From Candidatus Bathyarchaeum sp. (GTDB taxonomy: Archaea > Thermoproteota > Bathyarchaeia > Bathyarchaeales > Bathyarchaeaceae): a DNA stretch of 64,000 bases. Every line of letters starts with the position of its first letter. Positions within the stretch are counted from its first letter, which is position 1. Made by a program: the position numbers and the translations under genes. Shown here one piece after another: positions 35,985 through 44,702 of this stretch. The DNA is taken from contig JAOZIF010000171.1 in the NCBI GenBank assembly GCA_026014495.1, positions 1 through 64,000 on the forward strand. The letters run 5' to 3'. The notes beneath the pieces are model-generated. The model saw nothing but the letters and a program-made list of their open reading frames with translations, did no database searches and was not told where the DNA came from.

Positions 35985-37393
35985 TATGCTATAAGCCTCC
36001 TGCAAACTGATCTGCGAAACAAAACTTGCCCCCGAAAACTGTAACACTCAACCGGGCCCACTTCATAGTCGGTGCCGTTGTATCGTAGTTTGCTGTGGTG
36101 CAGTATAGGAGCAAAAGTGTGAACCGTAACGTAGTCGTTTACAACGTAACCCGGCTCCATTACGGTCTCGTCGCTTTTGGCTGGGCAGACTAACGCTTTG
36201 ATTGTTGTGCCTTCCCCATAACTGAATGTTTGCTTGTTTTCTACCACTGGATAAACTGTAACATCTACACCATGCGACCGCAAAATTCTGGTGAATGGGG
36301 TTAGTGGAGCCTGGTAATTCAAAAACAGCAATCCCAGCCACGAAACAGTTACAACAGACTGCTTGTTTTCCACAGCACTGTAATCGTCAAATTTGGTTCC
36401 CCAAAACATGAACTCGCTGCTGTGGTTGCTTATGACATTGAAGCTAAACTCTAGGGATGACTTGTCGTGCCCACTTCTAAGCTGCCACAATATTCCCGAG
36501 GTTACAGCATCATAGTAGTTGCTATCCACCTTTCTGGCAACCACGTCAACGTACCCTGACCAGCAAACCGCAGGATTATATGCAGGATAATCTGCACTTG
36601 AGCCAATAGCGTTGATGTAATCGTAAACCTGCTTAACCGTGCAACTCCAGCCTTCATAACTAAAAAGCCCATTTAATGCGTAGCCAAAGTCATCATCATA
36701 GACTACGTCTGATTCTGCAATTCTGTGCCATTCACCGTCTCCGGTTGGAAGTGGAGAATAACGGCTATACAGAGCCTCAAACCCGCTTCTATAAAATGCT
36801 GTGGCATCATCAATCATGGATTGATACACTGTTTCGCCTGTTTTACTATAGAGCATCTGCAACCCAATCAAGCCATAAAGGTCGATGATGTGCATCTCAC
36901 CAAACCACTCATCTGCAATAGTGACTGCCTGAGCAAACCCACCATAATACTGGTCATGCACCCCCAAGTTGCTGGGCTGATGCTGCGTACTGTACAGAAA
37001 AGTTTCCCCAGCCAAAGTAGCACAGTCAAGGTAGGAACTGGTGCCTGTTATATCGTAGGCTTTCAGGAGCGCAGGAATTGCTCGCATTGCATCAATGCTG
37101 TAATACTGCTCACTGCCATCTTTGCTCTGAAAACCCCCATACGCCAGTTTCCCATCATCTGTACACTGGATTGAAACCAGATAATCCGCAAGCTCAACGA
37201 TTTTATCGAAAATATCCGTTATTTGTTCCTCAAACTGGGAACTCTCATACGTTTCAGCTAAAAAGTCGATAGCATGAGCTGCTGGAGCTGGACCTTGCCC
37301 CCACTGTGTGTCAACTCCTGTTCCGGGGATGACATAAAAGTATGGAGCATAATCCATAATAAAATCGAAATATGCTTGCGGAACTGTTTCCAT
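35984..37393 (-). CDS. Alpha/alpha-toroid-like domain fused to a head-closure-like C-terminal domain
   Basis: Helical hairpin repeats (LLKAYDITGTSSYLDCA; LYSKTGETVYQSMI); C-terminal ~100 aa KLRYNGTDYEVGPV resembles gp16-type stoppers; follows the adaptor gene. Confidence 0.55.
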   Translation of the reverse strand: METVPQAYFDFIMDYAPYFYVIPGTGVDTQWGQGPAPAAHAIDFLAETYESSQFEEQITDIFDKIVELADYLVSIQCTDDGKLAYGGFQSKDGSEQYYSIDAMRAIPALLKAYDITGTSSYLDCATLAGETFLYSTQHQPSNLGVHDQYYGGFAQAVTIADEWFGEMHIIDLYGLIGLQMLYSKTGETVYQSMIDDATAFYRSGFEALYSRYSPLPTGDGEWHRIAESDVVYDDDFGYALNGLFSYEGWSCTVKQVYDYINAIGSSADYPAYNPAVCWSGYVDVVARKVDSNYYDAVTSGILWQLRSGHDKSSLEFSFNVISNHSSEFMFWGTKFDDYSAVENKQSVVTVSWLGLLFLNYQAPLTPFTRILRSHGVDVTVYPVVENKQTFSYGEGTTIKALVCPAKSDETVMEPGYVVNDYVTVHTFAPILHHSKLRYNGTDYEVGPVECYSFRGQVLFRRSVCRRLIA

Positions 37394-37396
37394 CTT

Positions 37397-37750
37397 CTAT
37401 ATTCTCCTCAGGGTTGACCCCCGCAGCTTGTTCAGGATTCGTTCCAGTTCAGACTGCAGAACCATCAATGGTGGAGCACTATCCAAAACATTGACGTCTT
37501 GGTCGCCCACCGAAAAGCTCAGTCCCACGGCTGAGCCGCCTGTCAGGTAGCAGATTGCATATACTGCAGAAAGGATGGTTATGGCCTCTTTTTCTGCCTC
37601 ACTGCAGTCGCTACTGTCTACCTGTTTGTTTGTTTCCAGCTCCAGCGTGACTTGGGCTCGTTTGATCATTTTGGATATTTTATCGTCTGAGACCTCTTCT
37701 GAGGTTATGTTGATTACGTCACGGACGTCGTCGGCTGAAACGGATGCCAA
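37397..37750 (-). CDS. Head-tail adaptor (gp15/gp6-like); TTG start after GGTGA
   Basis: SADDVRDVI...DDKISKMIKRAQVTLE helical pattern; ~117 aa. Confidence 0.7.
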   Translation of the reverse strand: MASVSADDVRDVINITSEEVSDDKISKMIKRAQVTLELETNKQVDSSDCSEAEKEAITILSAVYAICYLTGGSAVGLSFSVGDQDVNVLDSAPPLMVLQSELERILNKLRGSTLRRI

Positions 37751-37964
37751 ATCGCAAGTCACCAAACATAATAGAGGAAATAAGGCAGATTTAATGTTAG
37801 TTCACAAAAATAACTGTTTAAAAAGGATTATTTGTAAAATAAAGCGTTTAAATCAGAGTTTTTATTTGATGGTTTGTAGATTAATTGCTCGAAAACAGCC
37901 TCTCAAAATCAAGGAAACCGAAACGTGGAAACATGACTTCGTGGATGCGACTGTAATTATTTTT

Positions 37965-38015
37965 GTCAAGAAACTTTGACTGACTTGTATCTTAAGTTGG
38001 TCAAGAAAGTTTTAC
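37965..38015. promoter_or_regulatory. Tandem palindromic operator GTCAA-N6-TTGAC x2 (35-bp period)
   Basis: GTCAA-GAAACT-TTGAC at 37965-37980 and GTCAA-GAAAGT-TTTAC at 38000-38015; mirrors 13462-13512. Confidence 0.6.
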
Positions 38016-38055
38016 AAAAATCCTTTTAGACCTATTTTGGACACATTTTCTTGTT

Positions 38056-39360
38056 ATGCATTATAACTTAAGGAAAACTGTAGCAACAGTTGGCTTGTTT
38101 CTTGTTTTTTCTTTTGTTTTAGTACTTGTTGCTCCAGCAGTTAAAGTTGAAACGGAACCGAACACTCTTGTTGTTCCAGACGATTACGCCACGATTCAGC
38201 ACGCTATTAACAGTGCAACTCCTAGAGACACTGTGTTTGTTAGAAAAGGCATCTATAACGAAAGTCTGGTAATCAGCAACAAATCTATACAGCTAGTAGG
38301 CGAAGACATGAACTCAACAATTGTGGTTGGAAATGGAAACACTGCTCTTGTTATTCAACATGACAACGTTAACGTGACAGGCTTTACGTTCAAACGCCCT
38401 TCAACGATGAGGTGGCACCGTGGAATTCATCTGCTTGAAGTCAAAAACTGTAATGTGTACGGAAACATGATAACAAGCACCTACTACGGTATATGGTGCT
38501 ACAATTCTATGTTCAATAATGTTTACGAAAACATCGTAACAGGAAACATGGCTGGAATAATCTTAGAAATATCGCACAACAACACGGTAACCAGAAACTA
38601 CGTCATAGGCAACGATGGTCAAGGCATAGGAACAATTGGAGCAGATAATAACACAATAACCGAAAACTACGTTGCATCAAATGGTTGGGTGGGCATCTGC
38701 TTGGATGGCGGCAGCCCCAACTGTAATAACTTGATTTCAGCAAATGTTGTGACACAGAATACTGCCGTTGGAATAAGCATAACATCTGACGGTTCAGCCT
38801 TCAACAGGATTATAGGAAACAACGTTACTGCAAATGGAGACTTAATCGCCTATAATCCGAGTGGCACTGGAATATTACTTAACATTCACGACAACTTGGT
38901 GATGGACAATTACATTATTGGAAATCAAGCGGGAATTCAGCTTGAGTATGCATACAACAACACAGTATACCGCAACTTGATAGCAAACAACACCTACGGT
39001 GGTATTCGCGACCGCTTCCTGTCAGCTTCTCAAAACATAATTTACGAAAACAACTTCATCAATAACACCGCTAATTTTTCCCAGAATGTCGGCGTAAACG
39101 TTTGGGATGTTAACTCCAAAGGTAACTACTGGAACAACTACAACGGCACAGACAGTAACAATGATGGAATCGGAGATACAGCCCACATCATAGCCGAAAA
39201 CAACACTGACTACTATCCACTGATGGAACCTGTTCAAATCCCTGCGCTTGAAATACCTGACACAATCCCAGAATTTCCTTTATGGCTTGTATTGCCCTTA
39301 TTTTTTGTTGTTAGTCTAACTGTTTTTGTTGCCAAAACCAAAATTTGCCATCCAATTTAA
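38056..39360 (+). CDS. Secreted NosD/beta-helix protein with PEF-CTERM-like anchor
   Basis: LVVPDDYATIQHAI, beta-helix repeats, GNYWNNYNGTDSNNDGIGD, IPEFP + TM. Confidence 0.88.
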   Translation: MHYNLRKTVATVGLFLVFSFVLVLVAPAVKVETEPNTLVVPDDYATIQHAINSATPRDTVFVRKGIYNESLVISNKSIQLVGEDMNSTIVVGNGNTALVIQHDNVNVTGFTFKRPSTMRWHRGIHLLEVKNCNVYGNMITSTYYGIWCYNSMFNNVYENIVTGNMAGIILEISHNNTVTRNYVIGNDGQGIGTIGADNNTITENYVASNGWVGICLDGGSPNCNNLISANVVTQNTAVGISITSDGSAFNRIIGNNVTANGDLIAYNPSGTGILLNIHDNLVMDNYIIGNQAGIQLEYAYNNTVYRNLIANNTYGGIRDRFLSASQNIIYENNFINNTANFSQNVGVNVWDVNSKGNYWNNYNGTDSNNDGIGDTAHIIAENNTDYYPLMEPVQIPALEIPDTIPEFPLWLVLPLFFVVSLTVFVAKTKICHPI

Positions 39361-39397
39361 TAGTCAATACGTAACAAAATACAATCAAGGGTACACA

Positions 39398-40183
39398 ATG
39401 TTCTACGAGAAGTACTTGAAGGCAACCAATGAAAAAGGTAGTTTCATTAACATCAACCTTGATCCAGCACTGCCAAAACAAAGAAGCAGCAACGTAGTCC
39501 CAGACAAATACACATCCAAAGAAGATGCGCAAGCGCTGCTAGACTTTTCTTTGGACATCATCGAGCAGGTCAGCGATTACTGCTGTTCCATAAAACCTAA
39601 TACCCAATATTTCCTTGGACACACAGAGATACTAAAGAAGATAGCAAAAAAGACCCACGACGAAGGTATGCTAGCAATTCTTGACCATAAGCTTAGTGAC
39701 ATAGGTTCTACAAATGGTTCTGCAATGTTTTGGATACGCGAAATGGGGTTTGATGCGTTCACTTTTTCTCCGTTTGCTGGTAACACGCAAAAGACTGTGG
39801 AGAAAGCTCACGAAAACAACTTGGGCGTAATAGTTCTTACGTTAATGTCTAATCCTGAAGCTGAAAAGATGATGCTGGATGCAACAGTCAACGGGCGACC
39901 TTACTATTTGCACACCGCTAAAACCGTGAAAGAAACACAAGCAGACGGCTGTGTGGTAGGTTTAACCTGCTTTGTTGAAGACAAGTACATCAAAAACATC
40001 CAGGAGAGTGTAGGAGACAAAGTGATATTTTTGTTGCAGGGCATAGGACCTCAAGGTGGAAGCGCTAACAAGATACGCTATGTTACTAACCCCTTGGTTA
40101 GTTTAGGACGGGCGGTCATCTATTCTGACGACCCCAAAGATGCTGTTGAACAGTATCATCAAATCTTCAAAAAATACCTGTAA
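39398..40183 (+). CDS. pyrF: Orotidine-5'-phosphate decarboxylase; start moved to MFYEKY
   Basis: INLDP, IKPNTQYF, ILDHKLSDIGST (DxKxxD) motif, GIGPQGG, GRAVIYS. Confidence 0.9.
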   Translation: MFYEKYLKATNEKGSFININLDPALPKQRSSNVVPDKYTSKEDAQALLDFSLDIIEQVSDYCCSIKPNTQYFLGHTEILKKIAKKTHDEGMLAILDHKLSDIGSTNGSAMFWIREMGFDAFTFSPFAGNTQKTVEKAHENNLGVIVLTLMSNPEAEKMMLDATVNGRPYYLHTAKTVKETQADGCVVGLTCFVEDKYIKNIQESVGDKVIFLLQGIGPQGGSANKIRYVTNPLVSLGRAVIYSDDPKDAVEQYHQIFKKYL

Positions 40184-40189
40184 CCTTTG

Positions 40190-40432
40190 TTATATTACTT
40201 CCATGTATTTTGTTCCTTTCTCTGTAATTGTGTACACTCCTCTGCTAACCCGTTCAATGTACTCTTTTTGCAGTAAATACCTCAGCCGATTATCAAACCG
40301 TGTCCGAGTAGCCAAAGAATGACAGGTAGTCAAAACATTCTTCTCCAAAACTGTCCAACGCATATCACCCCCCTTAAGGGCAGACAAAATAACCTTATCC
40401 ATCATGTCCTGTTCCTCTCGGCGACGACTCAT
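40190..40432 (-). CDS. Small winged-helix protein
   Basis: LRYLLQKEYIERVSRGVYTITEKG wing pattern. Confidence 0.75.
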   Translation of the reverse strand: MSRRREEQDMMDKVILSALKGGDMRWTVLEKNVLTTCHSLATRTRFDNRLRYLLQKEYIERVSRGVYTITEKGTKYMEVI

Positions 40433-40743
40433 GACATCTTCACCTCCACAGGCTTCTGGCTAGAATAATACGGCGGAGAATGATTATTGCACACATAAAC
40501 TGTTTCTACACTCCACTCTGACGACTCCACAGCTTGCCCCTTCAAAGCTGCACTCTGTTGACTTCCATACGTTTTGGCGTTTAAATCAGCATAAAACGGG
40601 GTCATCTCGGCGCCACACAAAGGGCAAACACGATAACAACTACACACTGCAGTGTCAGCTGGCCGCTTTTGGTGCATGGTTTTTCCGCACCGCGAACAGG
40701 TTCCTGTTGCGTATCCAATTTTTGTTGTCAAGTTCCCACCCAC
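40429..40743 (-). CDS. Zinc-finger protein
   Basis: CSRC, CSC..VCPLC, C.NH motifs. Confidence 0.65.
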   Translation of the reverse strand: MGGNLTTKIGYATGTCSRCGKTMHQKRPADTAVCSCYRVCPLCGAEMTPFYADLNAKTYGSQQSAALKGQAVESSEWSVETVYVCNNHSPPYYSSQKPVEVKMS

Positions 40744-42035
40744 ACGTAAGGTTTCGAAATGTTCAAAACGATTTTTCCGTTTTCGTCAAGCCACAGTTCT
40801 GGTAGCCTAACCTTGTACGCGAACACAGCATCTAAGCCAACAGTTTTTGTGTAAGTTTCTGCCTCAACTGCTCCAAAGTAAGCGTCTAAACCAAAATCCG
40901 TTGCCAAATTAAGCTTCTTGAAAAGTGCATCTAGCTGCATTGCTACTGTTTTGTTGGTTAAAGTGCCAAAGCAAGTGTCCACTGTGAAATTTTTCAGTAT
41001 GTCTGGTTTCTTGAAGAGTGCATCAATCTGTTTTTGAAGAGCTACACCTTTTTGAAGCATGGAGTCCAGAGCAAACGTTTTTGGAACATCCTGTTTTTGT
41101 AATTCTATGTCCAAGTTGAAGCTTTGTGTTATTCCCAATTTTTTGAAGAGCGCATCAGTTGTCCACGTTTTTGTATAAGTCTGCTCAGTGGTTTCTGGTC
41201 CAATGTATGTATCTGCGACAACTACGCAGTCAACGTATGTTGTTATTGCTGTTCCTTGTTGTGCACGTTGACCTATGTCGATGCTGTCAAACTCTGCTGC
41301 ACCTGATGTGTCCAACCCTGTTTGTGTGATGACCTCAGAGCCATCAAGCCAGACTCTAAATTCGCCATTAGAAGCGTCATTTACAACAGCTTTCACTTCT
41401 ATACAATACCATGTGTCAACTTGGAAACTATGTGTGTAATCATAGTTTGCTGAATTCAGTTGGTCTTCAAGGCGCAATGTTGTGCCAAACACTTCGATTT
41501 CACAAATACTCGTGTAGGGTGTCCAATCTCGGCACACCATTATCCAGCTACCTGAACCCGTCGGAATTGTAGGCCATCTAAAATACGCTCTCGCATAACC
41601 TGCTGTTAATCCAGTTGTGAAATTTCGTTTTTGAGCATACGCATTCGACCACGCAGAGGGCGTGCATTCCATTACATAGCTTCCATGATGAGTTGGGCTT
41701 TCGGCAACTGCCACGTTTCCTGACGTAGTAGTCCATGCACTAAAGCCTCCGCTTTCAAAGCCGTCATTAAGAAATTCTGTAAAATACTCAAACAACAGTT
41801 CTCGTTGCTTTGCAGATAATTTAGGCACCAAAACCTTATGAGCATACTCACTCATGTCCTCGTGGCTTTTGAGAAACCTCGGCGGAACACGCCACCCTTC
41901 TTTTTCAAAAGGGGTTTCGCAATTAGGGCAAAACGAGACCTTAGATTCAACGTAAGTGTAGCAGTCTGGGCAGCGGTACTCCCATCTTGGAAACAGGTTT
42001 AAGACTTTTTTTGGAAGTTTAACTGGAGTCGTCAA
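40728..42035 (-). CDS. Putative fibre/spike: Zn ribbon + LamG/ConA-like domain + DALFKK repeats
   Basis: CPDC/CPNC; DTWYCIEV...GEFRVWLDG jelly-roll pattern; repeated xDALFKK. Confidence 0.6.
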   Translation of the reverse strand: MTTPVKLPKKVLNLFPRWEYRCPDCYTYVESKVSFCPNCETPFEKEGWRVPPRFLKSHEDMSEYAHKVLVPKLSAKQRELLFEYFTEFLNDGFESGGFSAWTTTSGNVAVAESPTHHGSYVMECTPSAWSNAYAQKRNFTTGLTAGYARAYFRWPTIPTGSGSWIMVCRDWTPYTSICEIEVFGTTLRLEDQLNSANYDYTHSFQVDTWYCIEVKAVVNDASNGEFRVWLDGSEVITQTGLDTSGAAEFDSIDIGQRAQQGTAITTYVDCVVVADTYIGPETTEQTYTKTWTTDALFKKLGITQSFNLDIELQKQDVPKTFALDSMLQKGVALQKQIDALFKKPDILKNFTVDTCFGTLTNKTVAMQLDALFKKLNLATDFGLDAYFGAVEAETYTKTVGLDAVFAYKVRLPELWLDENGKIVLNISKPYVWVGT

Positions 42036-42414
42036 TCAAGTTTCCTCCTTCGTCTATGTGCATGACCTGTTTGCCTTCAACACCCAAAACGTAGACTATC
42101 GGTTTGTGGGCAGCTCCGCCTTTGTGTATCCGCAACTTGATTGTGTTCGTTCTGTACGCCACAAGCTTGTCTCCTTGCTCTAAACTTATGGTGTATGACG
42201 GATTTTTGGTTGGAACAACAAGAATTTTCTCTGTTTTTAGTATCTTCTGAAATAGCTCCATCGAAAACGGATACCAACCAAAACGCTCTAGCTTCTGCTG
42301 GTTAACTTCTAGGAACATGTTTTCTTTACCTGTTTCTGGGTCAAACTGGGGCAAAGCAGAGCCATCAGTGTATTCGGCTATCCAAAAATAAACTAGGGGA
42401 CGATAGCCGATCAT
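42019..42414 (-). CDS. Phage-type hypothetical protein
   Basis: 131 aa, coupled within the structural operon. Confidence 0.55.
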   Translation of the reverse strand: MIGYRPLVYFWIAEYTDGSALPQFDPETGKENMFLEVNQQKLERFGWYPFSMELFQKILKTEKILVVPTKNPSYTISLEQGDKLVAYRTNTIKLRIHKGGAAHKPIVYVLGVEGKQVMHIDEGGNLIDDSS

Positions 42415-42426
42415 CTTTTGGTCTCC

Positions 42427-43035
42427 TTAAATCTCGTCGTACTTGAAGCTTAGCGTCTCGTCTGCTTGTTCCCCTTGCACAGCGTCATTTGCTACTTTAC
42501 ACTGCAAAACCACTGCTTTGGTTTTCTCTGCACTGGTATGGTCAGTAGAGTCAATTATCGCAGGTGAACCTTCAGTGTCACTGGCTACGTCCGCGGTTGG
42601 AGTTGTTTGACTGTTATAGTAACTGTGTCCATTTGTGGCGTCTTCTATGCTGTCTCCCGTGTCTGCTTCTGTTCCCGTTGCCACCTCATACTCCGAGGGC
42701 ATCGCACATCCGTGGTCGCCAGAGTCCCTGTTTCCACGTCGAAGTTCGCCTCCTGTTCCAAAATTCCATCCAATTGCCCCATCAGAACAAAAACGCACAT
42801 TGTTAATCTGCGTAAAAGTTCCACTAAGGTCCAAACAGACATGAATCCAGTAGCTATAATTGAAGTCACTGCTCGGTATAGAAATCGGGTAAGACGTGTC
42901 TGCAGGAGCAAACTGGTCTTTTGTCTGCAATCGCGTACTTGCTGTGACATTATTGTAGCTTGCTGGGCTGCCGTCTGAGCCGCCAACTGTTTGCTGCACA
43001 TTTACTGTTGCAACCATCTCTTTTGTTTCCTCCAT
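42427..43035 (-). CDS. Putative virion structural protein
   Basis: 202 aa, acidic and beta-rich, downstream of MCP. Confidence 0.55.
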   Translation of the reverse strand: MEETKEMVATVNVQQTVGGSDGSPASYNNVTASTRLQTKDQFAPADTSYPISIPSSDFNYSYWIHVCLDLSGTFTQINNVRFCSDGAIGWNFGTGGELRRGNRDSGDHGCAMPSEYEVATGTEADTGDSIEDATNGHSYYNSQTTPTADVASDTEGSPAIIDSTDHTSAEKTKAVVLQCKVANDAVQGEQADETLSFKYDEI

Positions 43036-43044
43036 TCTCCTTTT

Positions 43045-43260
43045 TTATGATATATTTTCTGAAATTTGTTCAATGAACTTAGCTGGGTCTCGGGTTATTG
43101 TGACCGTTTTTGTGGTTGTGTCACTGGTAACTTGGAGCTGTGTGATGTAACCTGCATCATCACGGGTTATTGTGACGGTGTGTGGTGTCTTGATTCCGTG
43201 GATTGCGTCATGGATTGCTTTGTAAGCTTCAGTGTAGTTGCCCCAGTTAGTTTCACTCAT
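43045..43260 (-). CDS. Small protein with duplicated TVTITRD motif
   Basis: 71 aa; DNA repeat cgggttattgtgac at 43091 and 43163. Confidence 0.55.
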   Translation of the reverse strand: MSETNWGNYTEAYKAIHDAIHGIKTPHTVTITRDDAGYITQLQVTSDTTTKTVTITRDPAKFIEQISENIS

Positions 43261-43310
43261 GTTTTTTCACCAAAAAATGGGGAAGTTGAGTCAACGGCTA
43301 ACAAACTGTT

Positions 43311-44231
43311 TTACCAGCCTGTTCCCCGTGCCACAGCCTTACTTCGTAGTACTCCAAGACCAACACGTTCCGATGCTGCGATGCCGTATCTGTCTTGTTT
43401 GGGGTTCTCGAAGGGCTCTGTTATGATGTCTCTTCGCAGAAGCATTACAGCGGCTACGTCTGTGTCTATGCAGTAGACTGTTCCATCAGCTACTTTGGTG
43501 CTGACAACAATCTTCATTCCAAGATATGTTTCGCCCAAGATTCCTCGGCGAATGTCAGCCATGCCTCCAAAATAGAAACTGTGAATAAACTGGTCTTGCT
43601 GCCATAGGTCAGCGAGCTGCGCAGGGTTTATCACTAGTGCTTTGGCGTTGAAGTTTTCGGCTTTTATTCTGTTCCAAAATCCAACAAGCCCTGCCCAGTC
43701 TAGGGTTCCGGAGCCATTGTATTCGTTTCCTCCTGCTAGGTCGCTTGTTGCTATGTTGTCGTATGCTTCTAGGATTTTTTCGGTTTCTAGTTCTGCGATT
43801 GCTCTTCCTACTTCAGCTGTTTGGCGTTCCATTACGCCCCATGATGCGTCTTCGAAGAATTTTTTGGAGTATTCTGCTCCTGCTTTGATTTCCATGTCCG
43901 CCTTGACGTCTACAGTGTCATATTTTTCTTGGGTAATCCACACCTGTGAGAGTTCAGCTGTTCTGTGAGCTTTTCCTAGTTTTGCTTTAGGAAATCTAAC
44001 AAGAGTTTCAGTAGTGGGTAAAACCCAGATGATTTCTCTTCCAATCAGTGCAGGTTGCGCTGCGTCCACGACCACATCATGCATCTTTCCAAGAGCATTG
44101 GCAGTGTCGCTGAGGATGGCTTCTCGCATTACTGCATTGACCATCAGATTCGATTTAGCTCGCTCCAAGAGTTCAGGAAGGATTGGCTTGTATTCGGGGT
44201 CTTTTGTTATGGCTTCAAAAAGTTTTGGCAT
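43311..44231 (-). CDS. Major capsid protein, HK97 fold
   Basis: 306 aa; E-loop-like VRFPK, spine helix (ERQTAEVGRAIAELETEKIL), ALVINP, LGMKIVVS, ERVGLGVLR. Confidence 0.88.
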   Translation of the reverse strand: MPKLFEAITKDPEYKPILPELLERAKSNLMVNAVMREAILSDTANALGKMHDVVVDAAQPALIGREIIWVLPTTETLVRFPKAKLGKAHRTAELSQVWITQEKYDTVDVKADMEIKAGAEYSKKFFEDASWGVMERQTAEVGRAIAELETEKILEAYDNIATSDLAGGNEYNGSGTLDWAGLVGFWNRIKAENFNAKALVINPAQLADLWQQDQFIHSFYFGGMADIRRGILGETYLGMKIVVSTKVADGTVYCIDTDVAAVMLLRRDIITEPFENPKQDRYGIAASERVGLGVLRSKAVARGTGW

Positions 44232-44245
44232 AGTATATTCCTCTG

Positions 44246-44665
44246 TTAGGCTTTTGTAACGTGGATCAGTCCAGTGTCGCCGCTTCCAAAGCTCTGTAGG
44301 GCTACTCCTACTGCTCTTGCGATTCTATCGGGGACTTCAGTTTGGTCGTATGTTGCTGAGCCGTCAGCTAATGATATGGCTTGGGCGTCTGCGTCTGTTT
44401 GCACAGCTTCGCCTCGAGCTATTGTGTCTCCTGCTGTTACTTTCACTACTCCACGGGTGCACACTGAGCAAAATTCTCCACTTACTACAGTGGTTAAGGC
44501 TACTCCAAGTGCATGCTGGGTTGTTGCAGTGCATTTGTTGACTGTCATGTCTGCGCTCAGGTACACAAGGTCGCCTTTTGTTATGGTTGAGGCAGCCTCA
44601 AAACTTAGTGCTGTCCCGTCGCTTATCATTTCTCCAACTTCTGCGTCAGGCCATAGGTCAGTCAC
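44246..44665 (-). CDS. Capsid cement/decoration protein (DUF2190-like)
   Basis: ITKGDLVYL, ALGVA, VCTRGVVKV, IARG..V patterns; GGAGG SD before GTG. Confidence 0.75.
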   Translation of the reverse strand: MTDLWPDAEVGEMISDGTALSFEAASTITKGDLVYLSADMTVNKCTATTQHALGVALTTVVSGEFCSVCTRGVVKVTAGDTIARGEAVQTDADAQAISLADGSATYDQTEVPDRIARAVGVALQSFGSGDTGLIHVTKA

Positions 44666-44702
44666 GTTAACTTCCTCCAGTTTTTTTGCGGTTTCGTCAA
44701 GT

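Noticed and set aside
31050-37750. Tailocin or contractile injection system
   Set aside because: There are no sheath or baseplate wedge genes, and capsid, portal and terminase are present.
40728-42035. Diversity-generating retroelement target
   Set aside because: No reverse transcriptase gene and no template/variable repeat pair were seen in the window.
43311-44231. Encapsulin nanocompartment
   Set aside because: The shell gene is embedded with protease, cement, neck, tail and terminase genes.
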